DNA of 64,000 nucleotides from Sphyrna mokarran (Eukaryota), in assembly GCA_024679065.1 (NCBI GenBank), contig JAGIQG010000020.1, forward strand, positions 13,144,001 through 13,208,000, given 5' to 3'. Below are positions 50,564 through 64,000 of this stretch, one piece after another. Positions within the stretch are counted from its first letter, which is position 1; each line of letters opens with the position of its first letter. The position numbers were made by a program, and so were the translations under genes. The notes below the pieces were generated by a model. It saw only the letters and a program-made list of their open reading frames with translations. It did no database searches and had not been told where the DNA came from.

Positions 50564-50967
50564 ACAGAACATTCACAAAATCTTGATGCAGCCTCAGCTG
50601 GAGAACTGTGCTGAAATCTGAACATTACATAAACGCTTTAAACAGGGCACAGAAACAACTTAAAAATGGTCCACAGATGAGTGATTTCATGTGGATAGAT
50701 TGAAGTAGTTGAGGTTGTTCTCCTTGGAGAAGAGATGGCTAGGAGGAGATTTGACTGATGTGTTCAAAATCACAAGGTGGTCGACAGGCAGGAGATAAGG
50801 AGAAACTGTTCCCATTCGTACAAGGATCAGCCATCAGGTTTACAGAATCAAAGAATGATTAAAGCCACACTTTGCCCATTGTGTCTGTGCTGGTTCTCTA
50901 AATGAACTGGTTGCCAGTGAGGGCTTGAGAGAAAGACTGACGGCTTTGCTTGTGAAGGCAGATAAGG

Positions 50968-51351
50968 GAGAGTGAGACTGGCTGAGGGGGCAGTTGGAGC
51001 AATAGGGGGTAGAGACTGTTTGCAGGGAATAAAGGGGGAAATAGGAGAGGGAGAGACTGGTTGTGGGGCATGAGGGGGGACAGAAGAGGGAGAGACTGTT
51101 TGCAGGGAGTTGGGGATGGATCGGAGAGGGAGAGACTGTTTGCAGGGAGTTGGGGGGGGGGGAATCTGAGAGAGAGAGACTGGTTGCAGGGAGTGAGGGG
51201 GGAATAGAAGAAGGAGAGACTGGTTGAAGGATGTAAGGGGGGATAGAAGAGGGAGAAATTGGTTGCAGGGAATGGGGGGCAGAATTGGAGAGGGAGAGAC
51301 AGTTTGCAGGGAGTGAAGGGGGAATTAAAAAGCAAGAGACTGGTTGCAGGG
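50968..51351. repeat. Purine-rich minisatellite, unit about 32 bp
   Basis: About 11-12 degenerate copies of gagagactggttgcagggagtgaggggggaatagaa. Confidence 0.85.
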
Positions 51352-54300
51352 CGCATGGAAAACCACCCTTATTTTTTTAAAATCTGCTAATCTGGCCCTT
51401 GAAGTTGAAATGTGATGCCTCATGTGATAGGCTCAGACTGCAATGATTCAGTCCTCCGCCAGTAGTTGGCACCTTTTCTTTCCATGGAATTTTAATGGCC
51501 GCTCCTGCCGTCTGGATCTTCCCGTCCCTCCGCAATCAAGGGAATTTTGAACGCTCGCCGCATTTTCCTGCCCCGCCCCCAAATGCAACATGGCTGTAAA
51601 ATTCCCTCCTTAGCTTTCCTAAATAAAAACAGAAAACGCTGGAAACTCTCGGTAAGTCAAGCAGGATCTGTGGAGAGAGAAAATGTTAATGTTGCAGATA
51701 GCATGGTGGCACAATGGCTAACACTGCTGCCTCTCAGTGACGGGGGCGGCTGGGTTCAATTCCTGGCTCGGGTCACTGATTGTGTGGAGTCTGCACGTTC
51801 TTCCTGTGCCTGCATTATTTTGCTCCAGTTTCCTCCAAAAGATGTGCTGGTTTGGTGCCTTGGCCATGCTAAATTCTCCCTCAGTGTACCCGAACAGGTG
51901 CCAGAGGGCGGTGGCTAGGGGATTTTCATAGTGATTTCATTGCACTGTTAATGTAAGCCCACTTGTAACACTAATAAATAAACTTTAACACTCATCAGAA
52001 CATTTATTTCAGATTTCCAGCATTCACAATATTTGGCTTTTGAGTCTTGGGTTCCTGTGGTTGACCTGTATGAATGACCTCTGACCTTTAAGAAGGCCTG
52101 CAGCTTTATACTGCATCTGGAGCCTGTCCTTTGTGATTTTGTTTTTAATGTATCTTCACTTGTGTCAATCAACTCCCTTCCTATCAGTTTTATCTGGGAC
52201 TCTGATCTTCCCCTGGGTTCTGCTGTGTAAATACCATGGTCAATGACACAGGAGATTTGCAGATATACAAGTACAGATATTCTAATCAGACACTCCTGCC
52301 TGAATTCACTTTCACTGTCGCGAATTATTGCTTAAAGATTGTGGCCTGATAATGTTAAGTCACTTACTGCAATGTAATGATATCTGAATGCCTTACAGGT
52401 TCTTGCAGATAATCAGATTCTTATCAATTCAAACATTTATCTGTCTGGTTTATCAGTGTCAAATATCTGCATGTAAATTGAGTTCACATGTTATCAAACT
52501 TTCTTAGGAATTTCCACAATAAACTTTGCCCACACCGTAGCGATGACTGTAACACTACATTCTGCACCATCGCCTTCCCTTTTCTCATCCGATGAAGGAG
52601 CAGTGCTCCAAAAGGTTGTGATTCCAAATAAACCTGTTGAACATTAACCTGGTGTTGTGAGACCTCTTACTATTCTCTATGAACGATATGCTTTGCCTGT
52701 TTAGCTCACAAGAAACGATACTTTTTACTGTATCCCAATATATGTGACGAAATTAAATCAGATCAAATCAGTTACTGAATGCTTTTTAGGAGCTATGTGG
52801 ATGTTTTATTTCTTTTATTTTTCTTGGGGGGTTTTAATCTTGGCCTTGTCCTGAGATTGAATTCAGACTGGGAGTTCAGGATTTGACATGAAGTATGGCT
52901 GATGCAAACGGCTTCAGATTCAATTTGTGGCAAGGCCATTTAATGGGACAGCACAATCTCTGGAGCACGATCTTTCCCTACTGTTGAGATCTTTTCCACT
53001 GAATCCTGCAATCTACGGGCGGCACGATAGCACAGTCGTTAGTGCTGCTGCTTCACAGCTCCGGGGTCCTGGGTTCGATTCCTGGCTTGGGTCACTGTCT
53101 GTGTGGAGTCTGCATGTTCTCCCTGTGTCTGTGTGGGTTTCTTCCCACAGTCCAAGGACGTGCGGGTTAGGTTGATTGGCCAAGCTAAGGAAATTGCCCC
53201 TGAGTGTCCAGGGATGCATGGGTTAGAGGGATTAGTGGGTATGAGATAGGGATAGGACCTGGCTGGGATTGTGTTCAGTGCAGACTCAAAGGGCCTCTTT
53301 CCGCACTGTAGGGTTCTATGATCTTCCCTTTTACAGGCTGTTGAGAGGAAGGAGCTGCCTGTTGTTCTGGAGATCTCTCCTTGGCAGAGGTAGATTTGTC
53401 AGGGGGTTGGAGTAGTGTAAAATCTTGACTACAGAGAGTGAGTCAGCGCGATTAATCCTGTACACCAATCCCCCTTTACAAAATGTCTGCCCCCCGATTA
53501 CTGGGCTTGTAATAGGGACCCAGCTTCAATTTCTACCTCGGGTCACTGTCTGTGTGGAGTCTGCATGTTCTCCTGTGTAGGTTTCCTTAGGGCGCTCCAG
53601 TTTCCTCCCACACTCCAAAGGTGTGTGGGTTAGGTGAATTTGCCATGCTAAATTGCCCCTTAGTGTCAGGATGGCTAGCAAGGTAAATACGTGGGATTAC
53701 TGGGATAGTGCCTAGGTGCAATTCAGGCTGGATGGACTGAATGGCCTCCTTTCTGCACTGTAGGAATTCTACAATTCTACCTTTAGCTCCGATCACCACT
53801 GACTTTCCATTCTGACCACTCCTCTCCTGCAACTGTACAATTCATTGCAATATTTACCCTCTGTGGAACGATCACATGGTCTTGAAACATTAACACTATT
53901 TTTCACTCCACAAAAGTTGCCAGACTTACTGAGTTTTTCCAGAATTTTCTGTTTCTATTTCAGTAGGGAAGCACCATAAAGGAGGGAAAAGAAATTGCAG
54001 AGTTAATACAGATAAAAGGTTGGGGCGGAGGAGGGAGGTATGGGGGGGAAGTGGGTTTACACACAGGTGGGCCAAATTTCTTCCTTTGGTTACTGTAACC
54101 TTTGATCATATGATTCAAAACTTGCTCTGGTGCCAACCTGCCTCAAGTTAATGAGGAGTTCTTTCACTGCCCTGCAAACTGTGGCAGTGCCAAAGGTCGG
54201 GAGGGTACCAGGGTAGGCGCAACGTCAGTGCAGTGGCGGGCCCAGTGATTTTCCAGCTTTCGTAATCTCTCTCCCGCGTGCTCCAAGCGTGCAGAGGCCG

Positions 54301-54727
54301 GGGACTGCTTTACCGACTTTGTTGGTCGGGTTTCTCAGAACCAAGGGAACATGTAAAGTGGCTGCTGTGTTTGATTTGACTGTGCCTCAGCTGTCTCTCC
54401 CAATGCCACAAAGGTATTTGACTTGGTCTACTGCCCATTTGTAATGTACACCCATGTGGCAGATGGTGATTGCACAGCGTTACCTTATATGGGCTTGCAC
54501 TCGTTATTAACTGGCGGGGGGGGGAGGGTGGGGGGGGGGTTAGGGTGCCAACTGCGGCTGGACATTTTCTGAGAGCTTTTACTGGTTGACTTCCTGCCCC
54601 ACCCCCACCCAATGCGTCCATCATTGTGGTGTTCCCCCCCCCCCCCCCCCCCCGTTTACATAGTCAAAAACAAAAAGTTTTCGAAGCAAATAAAAAATAA
54701 GTACGTTTTAATTTTTCTTTTACGTTT

Positions 54728-55020
54728 GTGGCACAGTGGTTAGCACTGCTGTCTCACATTGCCAGGGACCCGGGTTCGATTGCTGGCTTGGGTCACTGTC
54801 TGTGCAGAGTCCGCATGTTTGCCCCGTGTCTGCGTAGTTTTCCTCTGGGTGCTCCAGTTTCCTCCCACAGTCCGAAAGACGTGCTGGTTAGATACATTCT
54901 ACCTCGTGCTAAATTCTCCCTCAATGTACCCGAACAGGTGCCGGAATGTGGCGACTGGGGAATTTTCACCTCATTGCAGTGTTAATGTAAGCCTACTTGT
55001 GACGCTAATTAATAAACTTA
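54728..55020 (+). mobile_element. HE1/V-SINE-like SINE, well preserved copy
   Basis: A box tggcacagtgg and B box ggttcgattgc. Many CpGs are retained, indicating a young copy. Confidence 0.9.
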
Positions 55021-55769
55021 AGCTTTCAAAGTTAAACTTTCTCCCAGATAACCTCAGAGATTATCTCTTATTTCCTCGAAACTCAGGAGAACTCAGCGTG
55101 GGAGGGCAGTGCTTTTTAATGATTCTTCATTAAGGGGCTGGAATTCCACCAATTACCTTCACTTGAGGACCACAGTGCAGTAATATGGAATCTTGGACCT
55201 TGAAATTAACTCTCCAAAGAATCCTTATGAAGAGATTGAGTAATTGAGAACAGGTTCCCACAGTTCAATTAGGAGACTGATTTGAAATAAACTATTGCCA
55301 TGCACATTTGCCAGATGTAGGGAAAATTTCGTAGTAAAAGGGAGGAGGGAAGTGCTAACTTCACACTTTTGGATGAGAAGGAGCAGGAATGCTCCTCTCA
55401 GCTTCCCCAGCCTCCCAAGCGAGGCTACATCTCCCCAAAGTCCAGCTCACCCTGATTGCAAATCCCCTGCCCCTTCCCAAGGCTGAACTGATAACCAACC
55501 TCTCCTAATTACTGGGAAAGACTTCTAAGAGATATCCCACTGAAGCATCGGCCCACACTCACCTCTTTTCCCCTCCCACTCCTCAAGCACCTCTCTAGTT
55601 ATCATTGGATTCTACACTAAGCCGAGGGTTCCACCTGTTCTCTCAGGAACACATCGAAGATCCATAAGCTGCCATTTCAATGAAGCACAAGGAAATTGTC
55701 CATGACATCCTGGTAAGAACTAATCTGTCAACCAAAATCATAACACTGATTATCTGATCATTGACTTTT

Positions 55770-56105
55770 ATTTTGATTTGATTTATTATTGTCACATGTA
55801 TTAGTGTGCAGTGAAAAATATTTGTTTCTTGCACAGACAAAGCACACTGTTCATAGAGAAGGAAAGGAGAGAGTGCAGAATGTAGTGTTACAGTCCATAG
55901 TTAGGGTGTAGAGAAAGATCAAGTAGGAAAGATCAAAAGGTCAGAAAAACAGCGAGGTGGGTCCATTCAAAAGTCTGACGGCAGTAGGGACGAAGCTGTT
56001 CGAGTCGGTTGGTATGTGACCTCAAACTTTGTATCTTTTCCCTGATGGAAGAAGGTGGAACAGAGTATGTTTGTGGTGTGTAGTTATGCTAGCTGCTTTT
56101 CCAAG
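55770..56105 (-). mobile_element. Rex1-type LINE 3' end; a closely similar copy lies at about 56575-56780
   Basis: tttgatttgatttattattgtcacatg...gagagtgcagaatgtagtgttacagtc, the reverse complement of the Rex1 tail. Confidence 0.8.
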
Positions 56106-57617
56106 GCAATGTGGAGAGGCGGTGGCATAGTGGTGTTATCACCGGATTAGTAATCGCCAAGGACAACCCAGGTTCGAATCCCACCTCAGCAGCTGGTAGA
56201 ATTTGAATTCAATAAAATCTGGGATTTAAAATTTAATAATGATCATGAAACCATTGTTGATTGTTGTAAAAACCATTTGGTTCGCCAATGCCCTTTAATC
56301 TGCTGTCGTTACCTGATCTGGCCTACATGTGGCTCCAAGTTCACCAGCAATGTGGTTGATTCTTAAAATGCCCTCTAAAATGGCCCAGCAAGCCACTGAG
56401 TTGAAAGGTGTACAATAAATGCAGGCCCAGCCAATGACAGTCACATCCCATGATCAAATGAAAACGAATGACTTCATTCCCTTTTGAGGGAGATCGCTGT
56501 GTGCAAATTACAACAATGACGACTTTTCAAAAATACTTAATTGGTTGCAAAGTGCTTTGAGACAACCCAAGAATGTGATTTGATTTATTATTGTCACATT
56601 TATTAATATCCAGCGAAAAATATTTGTTCCTTGCACAGAAAAAGTACTGTTCATAGAGAAGAAAAGGAGAGAGTGCAGAATGTAGTGTTACAGTCCATTG
56701 TTAGGCTGTAGAGAAAGATCAACTGGCGTGTAGAGAAAAGTCAGAAAAACAGCGAGGTGGGTCCGTACAAAAGTCTGATTATTTTTTCACATTTTATTGA
56801 GTGGCAAAAGTCTGTGCCTGCAACGTCCACAGAGTACTTTACTCTTTTCAAGCATAACATTATCAATCGGAGGCCCAAAACGTTCTTCCACAGGAAGGGG
56901 GTAAAATAGGACCATTCTGGAGCAACCTTTGTGAAAAGGTTGCTTGATGCACAGAAGGTGAGAGCATTTCCTTCTCCTGATTGACAGTCCCCAGCCGGGT
57001 GGGTTTGGAGAAGAGGCCCAGAGGCACAACGGGCAGCGAGGATGGCAAGCAGGTGAATGACCCTAGCCCCTGGTGTTATAACACGAGAAGCACTGGGTTG
57101 GACTAGTGCTGATTGAGGGAGAGGGGTTAATATCGTCTGGCTTTCGTCTCTCTGGGACAGGAGTGCTGTCTAATACTTGTGCAAGCCTGTGATTGGATCT
57201 AGAACCCTCCTTTTCTAAAAAGAAAATTAACTTATTTCAGAGACTGTTTTTCAAAGGTTAATTGTTACATATTTCCCTCTGCAGGTTATATTGAATGATA
57301 GCAGAAAAAAAGCTGGGTCTGACAGCACCTGCGGAGAAAGAACAGAGCCAACGTTCCGAGTCTAGATAGTCACGGATGCTGATACAATACCAATATTTCA
57401 AAAGCATCTTGACAGATACATGAATAGACAGGGAATAGAGGGATACTCATCACGTAAAGGCAAAAGATCTTTAGTTTAGTAAGGCATCATATGTTGGCTT
57501 AGGCTTGGTAGGCCTCAGAGTCTGTTCCTCTGCTGTACTGTTCTTTGTTTTCTTTGTACGTGGTATTAAGTTCATATTCTCCCTACTTCTTGAAAGGGAA
57601 GATTTTACTCCCAAATG

Positions 57618-58090
57618 TACCCACTCACTCCCTCTAACTCTCTTTCTTTCTCACACTCTCTCTTTCCCTCATACTCACTCACTCCCTCCCACTCTCACTC
57701 TCTCACTCTCTCCCACACTCTCTTTCTTCCACACTCACTCACTCACTCACTCTCTCCTACATTTTCTTTCCTTCCCACACTCACTCTCCTACACTCACTC
57801 AATCACTCACTCACTCAGTCACTCAATTTCATACTCACTCACTCACTCTCTCCCATTCTCTCCCATACTCATCCACACTCATTCACCTATTCATTCACTC
57901 TCTCCTACTCTCACTCACTCACTCTCTCTTCTATATTCTCTCTGTCTCTCCCACATTCTCTCTCTCAGACTCACTCACTCTTTCCTACTTCCATGTTCAC
58001 TCTCTGTCCCACATTCTCTCCCTCACTCTCTGTCCCACATTCTCTCCCACGCTCACTCACTCTCCCCTACACTCAATCTCTCCCACACTC
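57618..58090. repeat. Low-complexity (CT/CACT)n tract
   Basis: Degenerate ctct/cact/cccacact repeats. The S/H/L/T-rich ORFs here are artefacts of the repeat. Confidence 0.9.
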
Positions 58091-59054
58091 AAAGAACAAA
58101 AACAAAACAGCATGGGAAACAGGCCCTTCGGCCCAGTGAGCCCGTGCTGCCACTCCATCGTTCCCACCTCTACCCATGACCCCTGTCTATGTTTATAGAT
58201 CTATGGATTAAAAACAAAATTTGAGACAATTTAGGGAGAATTTGTTTTGCCAATTAGCCTAAGAGCACATCTTTGGGATGTGGCAATCCCACACTCAGTC
58301 TCTCCCACACTCAGTCTCTTCCACAATCATTCTCTCTTTCTTTCCCGTTAAGTAGATATCAGCGACTGGTAAAGATGTTGGCATTAATGCCGCGGACAGA
58401 TCTTCAGAGGTTTGAATGCCATATTGACCCAGAGTGGCCAGTGTAAATCCCAAATCACTGACCCAACAACAGATTGGCACTCAGCTGCCTCCATGTATTC
58501 ACCTTGGCTCACAAATGGTTTGGACATCATTCTGTGTTTCCTTTCTCAAAACTCGACAAATTAATTCAAGCAGTGGTGACCCAGGAAACTCTGAGGGTGG
58601 GGTGGGGGTGGGGGGGGGGTTGGTGTCCTGTCTCAGGTTCGAGAAAGATAAAAGACGTAGGGCTAATGGAGCTTGGGAGAACACACTGTACTTTGTTATT
58701 TTGCAAGGTTACTGAGTGTTCCCTCCCAATTCTCCACTTCTTGGCAGTCACACAAACTAAGAGTCACAACCTCCTCCTGCTCTGAAACTCTGCTCTTCCC
58801 TGAGGATTCCTGAGACAATGATATCAAGTGTGGCCATGTCAAAGGGGCTGAACTTCCTAGACTGACTGTTCCACCCTCCTTTCCCAATCTACTCTTGGCT
58901 TATCCTGAGGATTAATTGATAACAAGGGTTAGAGACATTGCTGACTAAGGGATTTTGCAGATTGCTATTTGTGGGAAGTACTCTATGCATATTGGATGCT
59001 GGATTTTCTACAACAATTATACTTCTTTGGCTATAAAGTGATTTGGTTACGAGA

Positions 59055-59745
59055 ATATATGGATTGGAGAGGCTGAGACTGTTCTCTTGTAGAAGAGAAG
59101 GCTAGGTGGTGATTTGATAGAGGTATTCAGAGTAGATAGAGTAGATCAGGAGAAACTGTTCCCACTCATAAAAGGGTCAAGAAAAAGAAGGCACAGAGTT
59201 AAAGTGATATTTCACTCAGTGATTGGTTCAGGTCTGGAATGCACTGCCTGGAAATATAGTGGAGGCAGGTTCAATCAAGGCATTCATGGAATCTCTACAG
59301 TGCAGAAGGAGGCCATTCAGCCCATCGAGCCTGCACTGACTACAATCCACCCAGGCTCTATCCCAGAACCCCATGTATTTACCCTGCTAATCCCCCAACA
59401 CTAAGGGGCAATCGAACACAGTCAATCAACCTAACCCGCACATCTTTGGAATGTGGGAGGAAACCGGAGCACCCGGAGGAAACCCATGCAGACATGGGGA
59501 GAACATGCAGACTCCACATGGATAGTGACCCAAGCTGAGAATCGAACCTGGGTCCCTGACATTGTGAGGCAGTAGTGCTAATCACTGTGCCACAATGCCA
59601 CCCACAAAGAGGGCATTGAATAGAAACAATGTGCAGGGGTACGGGGAAAAGATAAGGGAATGGCACTAAGGTTAAATGCTCATTTGGAGAGCCAGTGCAG
59701 ATACGATGGGCCAAATGACCTCCTGTGCTGCAACAGTTCTGTAAT
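59055..59745 (+). mobile_element. CR1 3' fragment interrupted by a reverse-strand HE1-like SINE (about 59285-59600)
   Basis: agaagagaaggctaggtggtgatttgatagaggtattc... then the SINE, then the CR1 3' UTR gatgggccaaatgacctcctgtgctg. Confidence 0.75.
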
Positions 59746-62249
59746 TGTGTCTGGGGAGGTCTTGAGGATGTGAAAGGTGCTATATTAATGCAAGGCTTTC
59801 TTCCTTCTTTCCAAGAGAAGACACTTGCTGCATAGTCCCTGAGGCATCAAGTACAGTGAAGCTAGATTGACAATCACTATACATGATGCACTCCCCAAAT
59901 TATAATTTTAAAACTCACTGTTGCTTCTTGCTTGACTGCCAGGGTTTTCCATCATGTTGTCTTGATCAGAAATATTCTGGAATCCCTACAGCGCAGAAGA
60001 AGGTCATTCGACTCATTGAATCTACATCGACTACAATCCCACCAAGGCACTATCCCCATAACGCCATGCATTTACCCTAGCCAGTCTCCCTGACACTAAG
60101 GGCAGTTTAACATGGCCAGTCCACCTAATCTGGACACCTTTGGACTGTGGGAAGGAACCCGGAACACCTGGAGGAAATCCATGCAGACATGAGGAGAATG
60201 TACGAACTCCACACAGGCAGTGACCCAAGCCGGGAATTGAGCCTGGATCCCTGGCGCAGTGAGCCAGCAATGCTAACCACTGTGCCATTGTGCTGCTGAT
60301 GATTTCTGTGAACACTCAACCTGAAAACTAGAGGAATCCAAGCAGTCATGATAAAGAAGTGTGAAATGGGCTACAATCTGCACTTAGAGAGATAGTGAAT
60401 TAGACCCCTGGTTTGAGGGAAGGACAGTAAGATGTCTGACAACACCAGGTTAAATTGCAACAGATTTATTTGATAAAACAAAAACCACAAGCTTTTGGTT
60501 GGTTGCCCCTTCATCAGGTGAGTGGCGGTCCTGTTCACAAACCGGGCATATAAAGACACAAACTCAATTTACGAAATAGTGCTTGGAATGCGAGTCTTTA
60601 GGGAACCAGAATCAGCACAGCGATGTGGGAACCTCGGAGTCACTCCAAGGGGTAGATTCAGAAGAAGTACTAAGGGATATAGCTAAAGCATTATTGATCT
60701 TGGCATGAAGATCACACCCTTCTACTACCCCTCTAACCCGCTGGAAAACTTCTGCTAACACAGAAAACAAACGTGTATCTCAAAATGCTGATGTGTGCTT
60801 GAAACCTTGAAGTGTGTGACATGTCATGTGGGAGGTTATCCCATCTCGGTGATAAAAACTTGCATTTATGTTGCAACTATCACAATCAACGGATGTCTCA
60901 AGACATTTGACAGCCAATTAAATATTTTGATGTGTAGTTACCGAAGCATGACAGCTAACTTGAGCAAACTCCCACAAATGCTAACGTGATAATAACCAGA
61001 TAATCAGTGAGAGAGTGTGAGGTTCATATTAAGACCAATGGAAGTGAATGGTGCGAGTTAAAATGGTTTGGCTTTCCTGTGGCCATATTTGGGCTTTGCC
61101 GCACCCCTTTTCCGGTGACAATCTCCAATCTGTCGGGCCACCAGGGTTTCCAGGATGCTAAATCTGGCCATGGGTGTGACTGTTCTATATTATTGAATTA
61201 ATTACTGAGTTTAATCAGCATGAACTAACTGTAAATAGAGGGGGTGATCTTGAGCCTGACCAATCTGGCAGTGCCAACCTGTGCTGGGGTCAGTGCCAGG
61301 GTGTGCGCTTGTGGGGGAGAATGGATGGGTGGAAATGTTTGTGTAGAGGGGATGGAGAAAACCTTTGTGGAAGGGGATGGAAATACCAGTGATTACTTCC
61401 GGGGGGAGTGAAAGGGAGATGCTGGCATTTGATGGGAAAGGATGGAATGGGGAGGAGAGATGCTAGCGCTGATGGAGCGGGGAAGACTGGAATTAGAGGG
61501 AATTCTGAGGACAACTCACAGGAAGCCGAGTCACTTTGGTGCCATCTTGAAGCAATTGGCTTCCTTAAAGCTTGTTTCTTTGGTGCAGCTTCCCCTAGGT
61601 GGGGTGTAATCAAACCTAAAGAGATCCTATCCACTCTTTAAGATGGGATTAGTGAGTAAAGTTAGTGTAACTCTATATTTTGGACATCAAGCCAACATTC
61701 AGAGTCACTATTCCGATCTTTGCTTGCTGGGACTTCTTGGAATGAGGGTTTTGGAGATGGAAAAGGCATCACTGACCCAGTGGTTTCTCTGTGGAGATAT
61801 GAGTATCCCGCTGAATGTCAGTTTTTTGTCGTTTGAGACCATATTCTCTAGTTTCCAATCACTGGAATTGTTTGCTTGAGGACTTACTGAAATCGTTTGC
61901 CTCAGGCTAAAGGCTCACTCTAAAGGAGGGGTAACTAGCACATATTATAGCCAAGCATCTAAACATGAGGTATTATTGACACCCATGACAGGAATAATGA
62001 CAGGAAGTAACCATGATAATAGTAGGAAGAGCACATCAAGTGTAACAGTTTTAATACATTGTGGATAGATAACAGACAGGTATAGAGTGATAATTCACAT
62101 TTATAATTGGTCGTTTGCATCTTCTAGAAAACAAGATTATAAATTGATGATCGCACACACTGGGAGTAATTATTAACTTCAGACAAGAGTGTCAAATGGG
62201 TGATAATGGATTTGGGCTCCATCGATATCTACCTTCATTTTTAGTTCCT

Positions 62250-62632
62250 TTTTTAAATTCATTCGTGGGACATGGGCATCACTGGCAATCCAGCATTTAT
62301 TGCCCATCTCTAGTTCCCCTTGAATTGAGTGGCTTGCTGGGCATTTCAGAGGGCAGTTGAGAGTCAACCACATTGCTGTGGCTCTGGGGTCACGTGTAGG
62401 CCAGACCAGGTAAGGATGGCAGATTTCCTTCCTCAAATGACTTTCATGAACCAGATGGGTCTTTCCAATAATCGGCAATGGTTTCATTGTCATCAGTAGA
62501 TTCCTAATTTTAAAAATTGAATTCAAATTCCACTACCTGCCGTGGTGGGATTTGAACCCAGGTCCCCAGAATACTAGCTGAGTTTCTGGATTAATGGTCG
62601 AGTGAAGATACCACTAGGCCATCGCCTCCCCT
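62250..62632 (-). mobile_element. Second tRNA-derived SINE family, full-length copy
   Basis: Reverse complement begins ggggaggcgatggcctagtggt...gggttcaaatcccacc (A and B boxes). Related copies near 455-735, 11510-11850(-), 35135-35460, 45800-46445, 48300-48600(-) and 56113-56460. The exact family name is uncertain. Confidence 0.8.
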
Positions 62633-64000
62633 TTGACTTCAATTGAAAAGAAATTCAGGAGAGACATTGTTATGTATTAATATAGTCAGCTCACTTGTAC
62701 AGCAAGCTAAAAGAATGAAAGGATTGTCGCAGGTTGGGTGATTTAACCAGTTAGTCAAGCTTTATTCACTAGGTGTTGCGTGCTGTTTAGGGTGGAAGAG
62801 AAGAAATATCCCGAAATGTCTCTTGCATCACTGCATGTCATGTGACTGATCAAGCAGAGATGCATTGGTTTACAATACAGAACAGATATTAAGCAGATGG
62901 ATGACCTGATATTGTCTGGTTTACTCTGTTGACCAAAAACAGAATTACACCCATTGTCTGCTAGTTGCAATTTCAATTTGGTTTGGCGGTGAAGAAATAT
63001 CCCGTTAGATCTTTTGTCCCAAAGAGGAGGTAAAATTGTGAGAGACATTCAAAATGCAGAGGTAATAATTTCTTTGCTTGAAGGCGGATTGTATTTGTCC
63101 TGAAATACATTTTTACCTATGCCTGCAGCCTTCCACCATCTTACCCTCTGCCCATTGAGGTGCGAAGCTCTACATCTAAACATACACAGAGTCGACGGCT
63201 AAGTGGTCAAATGGGAATGCTGGCTGATTTTCATTACTCTTCCTTGGCAAAACCCATTTGCAGTACTCCAAGTAAGTCAGCTCAATTGACATAGACTGGG
63301 AATTAAATCTGGGTCCTTTTAGTCAATGGCTTTATTGAAACGTGATAATCCCCAGGTTTGCATGGGGAATCACTGATTGACCTCCATGTAGAACTCGCAG
63401 AATACCTGGTGACTGGTAATTACTTTACCAGGTAGAGCTCGTGTACTGAGCCCGTTATAAAGCAAGCCCCTGAATGGGTCCATGACTGCGTTGCCCCAGT
63501 TGGGATCGGTTTGTATTCACCACAGACTTGCGACTTTTGCTTTACTTTATTTTGTGCAATAAAGCACTGTTCTTTTACAGTTGATTCCTAGGATTACTAC
63601 CTAAACAATCAGTAATCGAGTTTCCACCAAGTGAGTGACTGAAATTAATGCTTTAAAATCCTTTTATTTGGATTTCCCCTGTCATTTCTCCGAGTTTATT
63701 CACAACAGGTCCCTATCACATCCGTAACCTTGAAAACTGAACAAAATGGCACTGAAATTTAATCACACAAACATAGAGGCTGAGCCAAAGAAAGAGATAG
63801 GAGGAGGTTAGTAAAACATCGTCAGCAGCAGGTTTTAGAGAGAATCATGAAGGAAGATAAGGGGACAGAGAAACAATACAATATAAGAAAGGAGTTCTAG
63901 CGTTTAAGGTCCAAATGGTTGACGATGCAGCTGCCAACAATTGCGGTGAAGGGAATGTGGGACTCAGAAGAAGCCAGAGATGAAGGAAAATAGAGATGTT

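Noticed and set aside
50968-51351. CRISPR-like regularly spaced repeats
   Set aside because: Vertebrate minisatellite with degenerate contiguous units, no unique spacers and no cas genes.
54728-54790. tRNA genes
   Set aside because: The A and B boxes belong to tRNA-derived SINE heads that continue into SINE bodies.
57505-58179. 224-aa and 174-aa ORFs
   Set aside because: Translation of low-complexity CT/CACT repeat.
58093-58283. Segmental duplication with 19050-19240
   Set aside because: Similarity is confined to a SINE 3' portion, so these are two insertions of one subfamily.

Overview
Eukaryotic genomic DNA, very probably from a shark (dense HE1/V-SINE-like SINEs, CR1/HER1 and Rex1 LINE fragments, Penelope-like palindromes). 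Two protein-coding loci are supported. (1) The last three recognisable coding exons of a divergent synergin-gamma (SYNRG)-like gene lie on + (4472-4632, 9371-9472, 12013-12228), probably joined through a GC-AG intron. (2) A convergent single-exon DUSP18-like phosphatase lies on - (24763-24176), with one in-frame TGA five codons before the catalytic cysteine. The two N-runs (134 and 137 nt) each begin 15-16 nt after a near-identical TATA motif, with PSE-position and distal octamer/SPH-like elements upstream. This is the layout of U6-type RNA polymerase III promoters, so two small RNA genes are probably hidden in the Ns. Other notable items are a U2 snRNA-headed retroposon family (three copies), minimal hammerhead-ribozyme motifs in Penelope-like palindromes, a telomere-like array inside a SINE, and SINE subfamilies with different LINE-like tails. 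I found no convincing coding exons from 28 to 64 kb. Repeat boundaries were read by eye and are approximate; protein and repeat family assignments rest on remembered sequences, not database searches.
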